Shown piece by piece: positions 18,881 to 28,256 of a DNA stretch of 64,000 nucleotides; position 1 is the stretch's first letter; each line of letters starts with the position of its first letter. This stretch comes from Thermoplasmatota archaeon. Its GTDB lineage: Archaea > Thermoplasmatota > E2 > JACPAO01 > JAHFTW01. Location: positions 1-64,000 of the forward strand of contig JBFIHX010000008.1 in the NCBI GenBank assembly GCA_041601615.1, given 5' to 3'. The notes below the pieces were generated by a model. It saw only the letters and a program-made list of their open reading frames with translations. It did no database searches and had not been told where the DNA came from. Made by a program: the position numbers and the translations under genes.

Positions 18881-20098
18881 ATGTCCCGAATCCTGTCCGT
18901 CGCCGCCATCATCGTCCTCCTCACTGGAGTCCAGCTGTCCCCCGCCGAGGCCGTCAGCCTCCCGGTGCCCACGCTTGAAACCGCCTCCTGCGAGGTGCCT
19001 CGCTCCGGCCAATGGGTGCTAGCGTGGGGCGATTCGGTCGTATGCAGGGACGTGACCCTGGTTGCAAAGAACGTGACCATCTACCCAGGCGCGAAACTCT
19101 TACTCGAACGATCCGAGTTGATAATCGATGCCGGCATCGACAGCGACGGCGGAGTCAACCATTGGGAGAACGCCATTCGTTTGTCCGGGATTTACCCAGT
19201 CGGGGCAGGCATGGCAGGGCCATTCTTGGAGGTCTACGACAGCATCATTCGAGCCAAGGACCCCCAGCTACGACCGGGAGGCATCATCCAAGGCGAAAGC
19301 TCCACCATCATCATGCATCGATCCGAAGTGCGAGACTTCCGCACCGTGGTCGTGGCCGCGTACAGCGTCGAAAAATTGGAAATCAAGGACTCAAAGCTCC
19401 ACGCCACCCAGGAGGCCATTTCGTCCCACTACAGCCGCAACGTCTGGCTGGAAAACAATTTGTTCTACGGCCCAGGAGACGGCGTACTGATCCACGGCCA
19501 GTCAGGGACCATACGAGGCAACACTTTTGTCGGCTGCAACGCCGCCATTTACCTTCGTAACGAGGATGCAGGAATCGATGATTTCTCCCAAAACACCATC
19601 TCAAATTGCGGTGCCGGGCTTTCATCCAATGTCTGCACATACCAGAGCATCCACGACAACGACATCTATCGAAACCTGAACAAACACGGCAACCCACGAA
19701 GCGGCACTTCAGAGAATGCTCTCTGTGGGGATCAAAGCATGAACTGGTGGGGTCAGGAGCATCCTGACCCGAAGCGGATTGTTCGACCCACAAACATCTA
19801 CCCGACCCGAGCCGAACCCGTGCACCCTGAGCGGCTACCGGATGCCCGCATCCATGTCGCCGACACGGACGTACGTCGCAACCGCATGATTCTGCTCAGT
19901 GCCGAAGACAGCAGACCCAGCGAAACTTGGGGCGCAACCCTGGAGAAATTCGAATGGGACTTCGGCGACGGCAAAACACAGACCGGCGCCAAAACACTCC
20001 ATCGATTCCACCAGCGAGGCCACTACGAGGTCCAACTGCGCGTCACCGACGAATTGGGATTGAGTCGGACCACAACGACCACCATCCACGTTTGGTAA
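18881..20098 (+). CDS. Secreted parallel beta-helix (NosD-like) protein with C-terminal PKD domain
   Basis: Signal peptide; ENN.F, GNTF, QNTI, DNDI repeats; NWWG; WDFGDG...H.F...G.Y.V.LRVTD. Confidence 0.85.
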   Translation: MSRILSVAAIIVLLTGVQLSPAEAVSLPVPTLETASCEVPRSGQWVLAWGDSVVCRDVTLVAKNVTIYPGAKLLLERSELIIDAGIDSDGGVNHWENAIRLSGIYPVGAGMAGPFLEVYDSIIRAKDPQLRPGGIIQGESSTIIMHRSEVRDFRTVVVAAYSVEKLEIKDSKLHATQEAISSHYSRNVWLENNLFYGPGDGVLIHGQSGTIRGNTFVGCNAAIYLRNEDAGIDDFSQNTISNCGAGLSSNVCTYQSIHDNDIYRNLNKHGNPRSGTSENALCGDQSMNWWGQEHPDPKRIVRPTNIYPTRAEPVHPERLPDARIHVADTDVRRNRMILLSAEDSRPSETWGATLEKFEWDFGDGKTQTGAKTLHRFHQRGHYEVQLRVTDELGLSRTTTTTIHVW

Positions 20099-20391
20099 AC
20101 GGACGCTGCGCCGCATTCCGCACCGACCACCCTCCCCCTCTTCCACACCCTCACTCCCTTTGTGCTGCCTCCAAGCCATCGCAGGCCGCAGAACGCGCTA
20201 GCGTCGCGATTCCCTCCAAATCCGGGTTCCTTCGCCACGTTTTGGCCCCCGCACGCAAGGGTACTTTCACCAATCTAGCCCACAAATTGAAGCCTCTGAC
20301 AGCCCTCTCCGACCGGCTTCGAAGGCATTCACGGCATGGCTCACGAACCAGTAGGCCCATAAATGACGCCAAGCATCGAAGCTCGATAGTG

Positions 20392-21627
20392 ATGGGTAGG
20401 TCTCCAGTGAAGCGCGTATTGGGTACGTTGCTCTTCGTCGTCGCTCTCATCGGGGTCGCAGCGTTCAGCTTCCTGCTGTTTGCCGAGTCGGAGGGCCTCA
20501 GCGTCCCCGGCACCGATCAAATCCCCGAAATCGCCGCCGTCGTAGCGATTTTCCTCGGCGTCGTCATCCTACTGCTCATCCTGCTCCTAGTGGTTCGCCG
20601 CCTTGACGACCGAGAAAAGGAAGCCGAAGACGCAGAAGCGTTCTTCATTCCCGACGCCGACCGTGAAGAACAGGCCGAGGACAACGCCGCCGCCTTCGAC
20701 GAAGCGTTCGGCGCCCCCACCGTCGTCCCGACACCCGCCGCCGAACCCAGCCTGCCCGACGTGGTCGTGTACGACCTCTTCCGTCTGCCCGTCGCCCGCC
20801 GCGCCTGGGCCCACGATGGAGGCCGCCACAACTTCTACTTCCCCCGCAGCGTCGAAGGCGGGGTCTACGTCAACGACTACGTAGAATTCGCCCCCGGCCA
20901 GAGCCTCAAGCTGCGCACCCTGCTTGCCGGCCCCCGCGACATCCCCCTCACCGACGACGAACCCTACGTCGTCCCCGCCAGCGACAGCACCGGCCCCGCA
21001 CCCGTGGAAGAACTGACCAGCCCCGGCGACGACTTCATGCGGGAACTCGAATCTCGCTACACGAGCCTCAAAGACAAGGACACCGGCGACTACGAAGGCT
21101 ACGAGAGCCTCAATGGTCACGAGGAAGCCGCCGCGCCGGCCCCCATCGAACCCGTCCTCACCGAAGCCGAAGAAACCGTCGAACCCACCGCCGAAGTGTT
21201 CTACGACTTTGGCGGCGATATCCACGACGTCATCGACGTGGAAGGCATCGGCCCTGTTTACGCGCAGCGCCTCCAGCAAGCCGGCATCCACAGCACCGCC
21301 CGTTTGTGCTACGCTGACCCCGACGAAATCGCAGCGGCCATCGACGCGCCCGCAAAGACCGTGCGCTCCTGGCAAAACATGGCCCAACTCATGAAGGTCA
21401 CCGGCATCGGCCCCCAGTACGCCGAAGTGCTCGCCCGCGCAGGCATCGACGGCATCGACGAACTGAAACGCCGCAGCCCCAGCCGCATCGCGGAACAAAT
21501 CAACGAGTACGTGGACAGCCTCGAAACCAATGTCCTCGGCACCCGCATCACCGAGCGCCGCGTCACCGGCTGGCAAGAAGCCGCCAAGACCATGCGCCGC
21601 GTGCGCCAGAAAGTCCCCGCACAGTAG
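20392..21627 (+). CDS. Membrane-anchored DUF4332/HhH-domain protein
   Basis: Two N-terminal TMs, acidic linker, two HhH motifs (VEGIGPVYAQRL, VTGIGPQYAEVL); start could be GTG 20407. Confidence 0.8.
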   Translation: MGRSPVKRVLGTLLFVVALIGVAAFSFLLFAESEGLSVPGTDQIPEIAAVVAIFLGVVILLLILLLVVRRLDDREKEAEDAEAFFIPDADREEQAEDNAAAFDEAFGAPTVVPTPAAEPSLPDVVVYDLFRLPVARRAWAHDGGRHNFYFPRSVEGGVYVNDYVEFAPGQSLKLRTLLAGPRDIPLTDDEPYVVPASDSTGPAPVEELTSPGDDFMRELESRYTSLKDKDTGDYEGYESLNGHEEAAAPAPIEPVLTEAEETVEPTAEVFYDFGGDIHDVIDVEGIGPVYAQRLQQAGIHSTARLCYADPDEIAAAIDAPAKTVRSWQNMAQLMKVTGIGPQYAEVLARAGIDGIDELKRRSPSRIAEQINEYVDSLETNVLGTRITERRVTGWQEAAKTMRRVRQKVPAQ

Positions 21628-21687
21628 GCAATCCCGGCCGCTTCTTGGCACGGTAGGGTTCAACCACGCACCCACCGTTCGACGCCC

Positions 21688-22596
21688 ATGACCGGACTGG
21701 TCGCCATCACGGGCTCGCACGGATTGGTGGGCCGACGACTGCTCGATTCCTTCGCCGCCGACGGCATCCAGCCCCTCCGCTTGGTTCGAAGCACAGCCAC
21801 GACGCCCGGCAGCATCCACTGGGACCCCAAAACGGGCGCAGACCCCGTCGCACTCCAAGGCACCCACGCCGTCGTGCACCTTGCAGGAGAGCCGCTCATG
21901 GGCCGCTGGACCACGCGCAAAAAGGAAGCCATCCTCCAAAGCCGCGTCGAAGGCACCCGCAACCTCTGCGAAACGCTCGCCGACATGGAACACCCGCCCG
22001 AAGTGCTCGTCAGCGGCAGCGCCGTGGGCTACTACGGCGACCGAGGCGAAGAACCACTCACGGAGAACAGCAGCCCCGGCAGCGGCTACCTTGCCGACGT
22101 CTGCGCCAAGTGGGAAGAAGCCACCGCACCCGCAAGGCTTGCCGGCATTCGCGTCGTCCACTTGCGCACCAGCATCGTCCTCGACGCCGCCGGCGGGGCG
22201 CTTGGCCAAATGCTGCCGTTCTTTCGCGCCGGAATCGGCGGGCGACTCGGCAACGGCCAACAATGGATGCCCTGGATCAGCGGCGACGACATGGCGCGCG
22301 TCATCCGCCACGCCATCAACAGCAAAATCGAAGGCCCCATCAACGCCGTGGCCCACAGCGATCGCAACGCCGACTTCACCAAGGCCCTCGGCGCCGCCCT
22401 TCACAGGCCCACGATCTTCCCGCTGCCCGCGTTTGCCGCCCGCCTCGTGTTCGGGGAACTTGCCGACGCGCTACTTCTAAGCGGCCAACACGTCCAAGCG
22501 GCTCGACTCGAAGCGGACGGATTCCAATTCCAACACCAAAAACTGGCAGATGCGCTCCCGGATGTGCTGCAACCAACACCCAAAAGCTCGGCATAA
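21688..22596 (+). CDS. TIGR01777-type NAD-dependent epimerase/oxidoreductase
   Basis: ITGSHGLVG, HLAGE...RWT...K..I..SR, SAVGYYG, GGRLGNGQQWMPWI, GPINAVA. Confidence 0.92.
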   Translation: MTGLVAITGSHGLVGRRLLDSFAADGIQPLRLVRSTATTPGSIHWDPKTGADPVALQGTHAVVHLAGEPLMGRWTTRKKEAILQSRVEGTRNLCETLADMEHPPEVLVSGSAVGYYGDRGEEPLTENSSPGSGYLADVCAKWEEATAPARLAGIRVVHLRTSIVLDAAGGALGQMLPFFRAGIGGRLGNGQQWMPWISGDDMARVIRHAINSKIEGPINAVAHSDRNADFTKALGAALHRPTIFPLPAFAARLVFGELADALLLSGQHVQAARLEADGFQFQHQKLADALPDVLQPTPKSSA

Positions 22597-22668
22597 CCCT
22601 GATATACGGACCTCCTGTCGGCGGCCACAGACAGGGACCGCTCCGGCGTCCCCTGTTCGGAATTTCCC

Positions 22669-23100
22669 ATGTCCCGAAAAGGCTCCATGAAACCCGTCCG
22701 CGACGCTGCCCCCGAATGGGTCAACATGCTTCCCCGCGAGGTCGAAGCAAAGGTCGTCGAGATGGCCAAGGAAGGCATCCAACCCGCCGTCATCGGTCTG
22801 CGCCTGCGCGACCAATTCGGCATCCCTTCCGTCCACGAGGTCACCGGCAAGCGCGTCGGCCAGATCCTCGCGGCCAACAAGCTCACCCCCAAAGTGCCCC
22901 AGGACCTCACCAACCTGATCCGCCGCTCCATCCAAGTGGCCGAGCACCTGCAAAACAACCGCGGCGACCTTCACAACCGCCGAGGCCTGGAAATGATCGA
23001 GGCCCGCATCCGCCGCCTCATCCGCTACCACAAAATCCGCGGTGACCTGGACGCTTCGTTCAAGTACACCCGTGGCGGCGCTCGGCTCCTGGTCGACTAA
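22669..23100 (+). CDS. rps15: 30S ribosomal protein uS15 (S15P/S13e)
   Basis: PEWV, IGLRLRDQFGIP.V..VTGK, PQDL.NLI, HL..N..D..N.RGL..IEARIRRL..Y. Confidence 0.96.
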   Translation: MSRKGSMKPVRDAAPEWVNMLPREVEAKVVEMAKEGIQPAVIGLRLRDQFGIPSVHEVTGKRVGQILAANKLTPKVPQDLTNLIRRSIQVAEHLQNNRGDLHNRRGLEMIEARIRRLIRYHKIRGDLDASFKYTRGGARLLVD

Positions 23101-23146
23101 ACCCAGCAGGGTTTTGGCGACTTGATCACGGTGCGCTTGCGCGCCG

Positions 23147-24619
23147 TTGGATGGTCGACTAAGCAAGTCGCTTCGTTTCCTCTTCCTTCCTTTCCCCTCC
23201 CCTTTCGTGCCCGACCCCTCGGGCTTTTGTGGCGGACCCTCCGTCGCCACTCCCGTGCCCCTTACAGCCGCAGCCAACCGCGCCGCGGCGATGGTTCGCT
23301 CTCTCCCGATTGGCTCTCGTTGGTTCCTCGCGTGCGACGTGGACGCGGACGGGGTTTGTGCCGCTGCGGTGGCCGCCCTTGCCCTCCAGCGTGCCGGGTA
23401 CAGGTTTCAAGCTCGCGCCAGCCGCGAGAAGACCCGAGAAGCGTACGCGGCGCTGCGGGAGGTGGAGTGTGATGGCTACATCGTCCTGGACAAGGGCACG
23501 AGCCACCTCGACGCCTTGCAGAAGGTCTCCACCATCACGGGCCGCCCCGTAATTGTACTCGATCATCACAACTTGCCGGAGCCGATGCCGAAATTGGAGC
23601 GCGTGGTGCTGGTGAATCCTCGCGCCGAGGGCATGGACGGCAGCCGGGACGCTTCGGCGGCCACGGTTTCGGCCGCGTTTGCCCTGGCGCTTGGTGGAGA
23701 CGGCAATCTGGACCTGGGCCCCGTCGGTCTAGCCGGCGCCATCGGCGATTGGCAGCATGAAGGCGGTTGGCAGGGCTGGAACAAGGACCTCCTGGACCGT
23801 TGCAGAGACGCGGGCCATGTTACGGAGGATGTTGTTCCGGCGTTCGTTGGCATTGACTTGGCGGAGGCTTTGGGTCGAAAGCGCCCCGAGTGGAGCCGGT
23901 TCCATGGCGACCGGGAGCACGCGGCGGGTCTCCTGACTGGGCTTGGAATTGATCCAAGTGTCGAAGCGGAGGAATTGACTGCGGATCAGAAGACGGCGTT
24001 GCTGGATGCGCTCGTTTTGGACACGCTCGCGGCGGGCCATGAGCCGCATGCGGCGGGCCTGGTTTGGCCCGTGGACGTGGACGCTCGACTTGGAATCGGA
24101 TTGCGGCACTTGTTTCGGGTCGTGGACGCCTGCGGCCGGCGCGGAGACGCGGCCACGGGCCTTGCGTTCCTATTCGGGTCTTCGTCGGCTCGTGCGGGCG
24201 CGATGAAGCAATTTCATTCCTACAAATCGGACTTGGTGGCGGCCATCGAGCAGCTTCGGGCCGGGGGCGCGGACGTTCGGCGGGCCTTGCAATGGGTTTG
24301 GACCAAGAAACCGGAATTGACCGGGATGGTGGGCGGCTTGGGGATGACGCACTTTGTCCAGGACCGCACGCGACCCATGTTGATCACAGCCAAGCGAGGC
24401 AACGGCGAGGTGCAGGTGAGCACCCGCGGCACGCACGAGCAAGTGGAAGCCGGGCTGAATCTGGGCCACGCAGTCGCCATTGCCGCGTCGAAGGTGGGCC
24501 GTGAAGGCGGCGGGCACCCCATCGCTGCCGGCACCGTGGTGTTGGAAAGCGAAATGGAGCCGTTCGTGGCGGCTCTCGACGATGCGTTGATGCAGCAAGG
24601 ATTCTTGGAGGCCTCGTGA
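23147..24619 (+). CDS. RecJ-like DHH/DHHA1 phosphoesterase
   Basis: DVDADG, LDKG, LDHH, VNP, GAIGD, GGGHPIAAG; conserved position after rps15; true start likely downstream (GTG near 23255). Confidence 0.88.
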   Translation: MDGRLSKSLRFLFLPFPSPFVPDPSGFCGGPSVATPVPLTAAANRAAAMVRSLPIGSRWFLACDVDADGVCAAAVAALALQRAGYRFQARASREKTREAYAALREVECDGYIVLDKGTSHLDALQKVSTITGRPVIVLDHHNLPEPMPKLERVVLVNPRAEGMDGSRDASAATVSAAFALALGGDGNLDLGPVGLAGAIGDWQHEGGWQGWNKDLLDRCRDAGHVTEDVVPAFVGIDLAEALGRKRPEWSRFHGDREHAAGLLTGLGIDPSVEAEELTADQKTALLDALVLDTLAAGHEPHAAGLVWPVDVDARLGIGLRHLFRVVDACGRRGDAATGLAFLFGSSSARAGAMKQFHSYKSDLVAAIEQLRAGGADVRRALQWVWTKKPELTGMVGGLGMTHFVQDRTRPMLITAKRGNGEVQVSTRGTHEQVEAGLNLGHAVAIAASKVGREGGGHPIAAGTVVLESEMEPFVAALDDALMQQGFLEAS

Positions 24620-24822
24620 ACACCGCGACCCTTCGCTTGGAGCTTGGCGCCGAGGCTGCTCGAACCGCCGCCGCAGCCCTGGAGCCAGACAACGACGGGC
24701 ACTTGGAAGCAAGCGTGGATGGCGACGAATTGGTTTTGACGTGCGAGAGTGCGAAGGTGATGGGCGTGTTGCGCACCATCGACGACGCCCTTGGGTGCAT
24801 TCGGGCGCTGGGTCACGAGTAG
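24616..24822 (+). CDS. pcc1: KEOPS subunit Pcc1
   Basis: AL.PDN...LRTIDD.L.C; 68 aa; follows recJ as in many archaea. Confidence 0.8.
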   Translation: MNTATLRLELGAEAARTAAAALEPDNDGHLEASVDGDELVLTCESAKVMGVLRTIDDALGCIRALGHE

Positions 24823-24869
24823 GAAGCGACCGAACCCCTGAAACGCCCCGCCTCGGTCGGCGACCTGCC

Positions 24870-26177
24870 ATGCTGGACATCAGGCTCCTGCGCGAGTCCC
24901 CGGAGATTGTCAAGGCCGACCTTCGCAAGCGCAAGCGCGACGGATCCATCGTGGACGACTTGCTGGCGCACGACGAAACGTGGCGCAATGGCCAGAAGCG
25001 GCTCAATGATTTGCGCGCCGAGCGCAACGCCGCTGCCAAGTCCATTTCCGAGACCAAGAAGGCGGGCGGCGACATGGCGGGCGCCGTAGCGGCCATGAAG
25101 GCGGTCGCGGACAGTATCAAGGCGCTGGAAGACGATGTGGAGGCGGCAGAATCCGAGCGCGACCGCATCCTTCGATCGCTTCCCAACCTCATGCACGAAT
25201 CCGTGCCCGTGGGCAAGGACGACACCGAGAACGAGCCCGTGCGCACCTGGGGCGGCACGCCCACGCACGATTTTGCGGCTGTCAGCCACGTGGATCTTCT
25301 CGATTCTTTGGACCTTGCCGACCTCGAACGCGCTGCCCGCGCAGCAGGGAGCCGATTCTACTACGGCAAAGGCGACCTCGTGATGCTGGGCCGTGCCTTG
25401 GAATTCTTTGCATTAACCCGGCTCTCGGCAAAGGGCTACCTGCCCGTGGAGCCGCCGTACATGCTGCGCCGGGAAGCGATCGAGGGCGCCGTGGACCTCT
25501 CGGATTTCGAGGACGTGATTTACAAGGTCGAAGCGGGCGCCGGGGCGACGAAGGAGGACGCGCCGGAGCTGTTTTTGATTGCCACTTCAGAGCACCCGCT
25601 GGCAGCACTCCACATGGGCGAGATTCTTGAGGACGCGAATTTGCCTCTGAAGTATGCCGGTGTTTCGCCGTGTTTCCGCAAGGAAGCCGGAGCGCACGGC
25701 AAGGACCAGAAGGGCATTTTCCGCGTCCATCAGTTCTCCAAAGTCGAGCAATTTGTGTACGCCACCGCCGAGCAGTCGTGGGCGCTGCATGAGGAGCTGA
25801 TTGCCAACGCCGAATCGTTGTACCAGGAACTGGAAATTCCGTACCGCGTCGTCAACATCTGCACCGGCGACCTCGGGACGGTTGCGGCTAAGAAGTACGA
25901 CATTGAAGCCTGGATGCCCGTGCAGGGCGCCTACCGTGAGGTCGTCAGTTGCTCCAATTGCACGGACTACCAAGCGCGCCGCTACAACACGCGCCACCGC
26001 GCCAAGCCATCGGACCCGACGCAATTTGTCCACACGCTCAACTCCACCGCCATCGCCGTGCAGCGCACTCTCGTGGCGATCCTTGAAAACCACCAGAACG
26101 CCGACGGAAGCGTCACCATCCCCGTGCCGCTGCGCCCCTACCTGGGCGGCCGTGAACGAATCGAGGCCCGATCCTGA
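24870..26177 (+). CDS. serS: Serine--tRNA ligase
   Basis: MLDIRLLRE, LIATSEHP, CFRKEAG.HG....GIFRVHQFSKVEQ, YDIEAW, EVVSCSNCTDYQARR, HTLNST. Confidence 0.98.
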   Translation: MLDIRLLRESPEIVKADLRKRKRDGSIVDDLLAHDETWRNGQKRLNDLRAERNAAAKSISETKKAGGDMAGAVAAMKAVADSIKALEDDVEAAESERDRILRSLPNLMHESVPVGKDDTENEPVRTWGGTPTHDFAAVSHVDLLDSLDLADLERAARAAGSRFYYGKGDLVMLGRALEFFALTRLSAKGYLPVEPPYMLRREAIEGAVDLSDFEDVIYKVEAGAGATKEDAPELFLIATSEHPLAALHMGEILEDANLPLKYAGVSPCFRKEAGAHGKDQKGIFRVHQFSKVEQFVYATAEQSWALHEELIANAESLYQELEIPYRVVNICTGDLGTVAAKKYDIEAWMPVQGAYREVVSCSNCTDYQARRYNTRHRAKPSDPTQFVHTLNSTAIAVQRTLVAILENHQNADGSVTIPVPLRPYLGGRERIEARS

Positions 26178-26575
26178 TGTTCAAGCGCAAACCGAAGCCC
26201 CGAGACCCAGCCAACGACATTGCCAGCCGAGCCCTTGGCAAAGTGCAAGCCGAGAGCCGGGCCCGTGAGGAAGCCAATGCTCGTTTCGAAATTGGCCAAA
26301 TGGCTGAAGGGTCGGGAGATGAGCCTGCGGCGATTCCAGAGTACCTGGCAAGTGTCGCCGCTTGGGAAGAATACCACCGCGTCACGGGCCACGAAGTGCC
26401 GCCGGAGCCCTATGCTCGGCTCGGGGTGTTGCTGCGCCGCGCTAAGGACATCGACGCGGAAATTGAGGTGCTCGAAGGGTACATGGCGCACGCGGGACGC
26501 GAGCCGGATGCGCGGTTGCAAGAGCGATTGCGCCGAGCCTACGAAATTGGCGGGCGTGAACCGCCAGAAATCTAG
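26177..26575 (+). CDS. Hypothetical helical protein
   Basis: TGATG coupling to serS; PPEPYARLGVLLRRAK...EIEVLE looks TPR-like. Confidence 0.6.
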   Translation: MFKRKPKPRDPANDIASRALGKVQAESRAREEANARFEIGQMAEGSGDEPAAIPEYLASVAAWEEYHRVTGHEVPPEPYARLGVLLRRAKDIDAEIEVLEGYMAHAGREPDARLQERLRRAYEIGGREPPEI

Positions 26576-26854
26576 CCTTCTTGGGGACACCGGCCGCGGC
26601 TGGGCGCCTGCGTTTTCTGTTGCATTTTGTCAGGAGGCGAAGCCAGGCCTTGCTCGCCGTCGATTTGTATTTCCGCACCAAATGGTTCGGTATTGGCAAA
26701 AATTCCGGCGGAATAAGGGTTTATCGGCCTAAATTAGTCTCATTAATAGGGATACGCCCCGAAGATATTTTCTATTTGCGATATAAAATGATGAATTGGT
26801 TCTTATTGCCAGTGCCTTTTGGCATCTCGTCCGTACAAGGACCAGGTGAACCCC

Positions 26855-27502
26855 ATGAAAACGACACTCATCATCGGCCTACTTTTGGCCGTAACCGCAT
26901 TCCCCGGCACCGTTGCCGACGACGATCCGCAAGCCCTCATCGAAAGCAATCTCGACTGGCTCATCGACCAAATGGGCGACTCATACATTCCTGAAGCACG
27001 CGCCGACACGAGCCTTGGCCCCATGTCGCTCGAGGACGCTCTGCGCACCGCCGCCGAATTCTACGCGATTCGCAACATCGACCTCGTGGAGATCCAAGTC
27101 CCGGCTGCCGCAGGAATGAGTGATTTCCCCCTCACCGGCTATGGCGTCATTCTCGAAGTGGGCGCCGGCGGCGGCAGGCTACCCGGCAAGTGCTCGACGC
27201 ACACGAGCCAACTCAACGTCATCGGCGGCTCGGTTCCCCCTGCTACGGTGTTCAGCCGCAACGGCTACGCCAGCAGCCGCATGAGTACGTTCACGCAACT
27301 GGATCTTGCCATCGGCACCGACCCGACCCTGCTGACGCTTGACGTGGCCACGAACTACAACGCCGACATCTTCTGGGGCCCGAACTACGAAATGTTCTGC
27401 TTCGACTTCCAGTTCTGCTTCTTTGGCATCTGCGTCTGGGCTGCCGGACTCGCGGGTGCCTTCGAAGGTGTTGCCGCTTACGATACGCTCGGGTTGCTCT
27501 AG
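26855..27502 (+). CDS. Secreted hypothetical protein with Phe/Cys-rich C-terminus
   Basis: GGTGA-N5-ATG; signal peptide MKTTLIIGLLLAVTAFPGTVA; ...MFCFDFQFCFFGICVW... Confidence 0.75.
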   Translation: MKTTLIIGLLLAVTAFPGTVADDDPQALIESNLDWLIDQMGDSYIPEARADTSLGPMSLEDALRTAAEFYAIRNIDLVEIQVPAAAGMSDFPLTGYGVILEVGAGGGRLPGKCSTHTSQLNVIGGSVPPATVFSRNGYASSRMSTFTQLDLAIGTDPTLLTLDVATNYNADIFWGPNYEMFCFDFQFCFFGICVWAAGLAGAFEGVAAYDTLGLL

Positions 27503-28110
27503 CGCCTTCGCGCCGTTCCTTTCCCGCTCTTTCCCTTTCCCTTCGCCGGCCCGGTGGCTCGCTTGCGTCGAACTGGATTCATGACAAGCCAAGCAACGTA
27601 AGCAACCACCGCGAGAACCGCAAGCGCGTTCCAAATCAACTTGGACCACTGAAACACCACCGCGACCACGGCCAGAGCATGGCTGGAATCCGGAAATTGC
27701 CCAAGCAAAGCCAGGAAAGCAAGGTTTTCGCTCCAGTCGGATACGAGCGCCAAAGCCGGCGTCGCCAGAGTCCATTCGGGCAATCGGCGCCAGCGGCGAG
27801 AAATCAAGGCAAGCAGTCCCGTCATCCACATCGCTTGCAGCAACGGATAGACAAGGTCCACGAGCAAAAACCGCTGGTACACGGCGCGCCCGTCGTCGCC
27901 CAGTGCTTCGAGGGAATCCAAGTGGTCCGATGCCGAGTCCCCGAACCGCTCGTCGAGAATGCCCCCCTGCTCCTGCATCTGACCATACGGACCGACGGTG
28001 AAGAACCAGACATTGAACACCATCGCCAGCAAAAACGCTGCGAGCACCAAGCGCCCCGTCGTGATGCGTTGCAGTCGCCGAACCCACTCCACGACCCAGC
28101 AGCCAAGCAC
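27499..28110 (-). CDS. Multi-TM membrane protein
   Basis: Hydrophobic helices; LGDDGRAVYQRFLLVDLVYP and DWSEN motifs; start uncertain. Confidence 0.7.
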   Translation of the reverse strand: MLGCWVVEWVRRLQRITTGRLVLAAFLLAMVFNVWFFTVGPYGQMQEQGGILDERFGDSASDHLDSLEALGDDGRAVYQRFLLVDLVYPLLQAMWMTGLLALISRRWRRLPEWTLATPALALVSDWSENLAFLALLGQFPDSSHALAVVAVVFQWSKLIWNALAVLAVVAYVAWLVMNPVRRKRATGPAKGKGKSGKGTARRR

Positions 28111-28256
28111 CCGGGGAAGACTGTTTCATTCCGCCGCAGCCCAGAATCAAACGCTCCCATTCGGCTCAGGGCGCCCCGTTTCTCCTGGAACATGGTCGCA
28201 TCATCCAACCGTTCCACCGAAAAGGGCATATATCCAGAAGTCGGGGTCAATCCATC

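Noticed and set aside
20587-22404. 605-aa minus-strand ORF
   Set aside because: Antisense to two well-supported genes; no motifs
14033-24822. KEOPS genes split over two loci as a novelty
   Set aside because: kae1-bud32-rdgB and rps15-recJ-pcc1 are common archaeal arrangements
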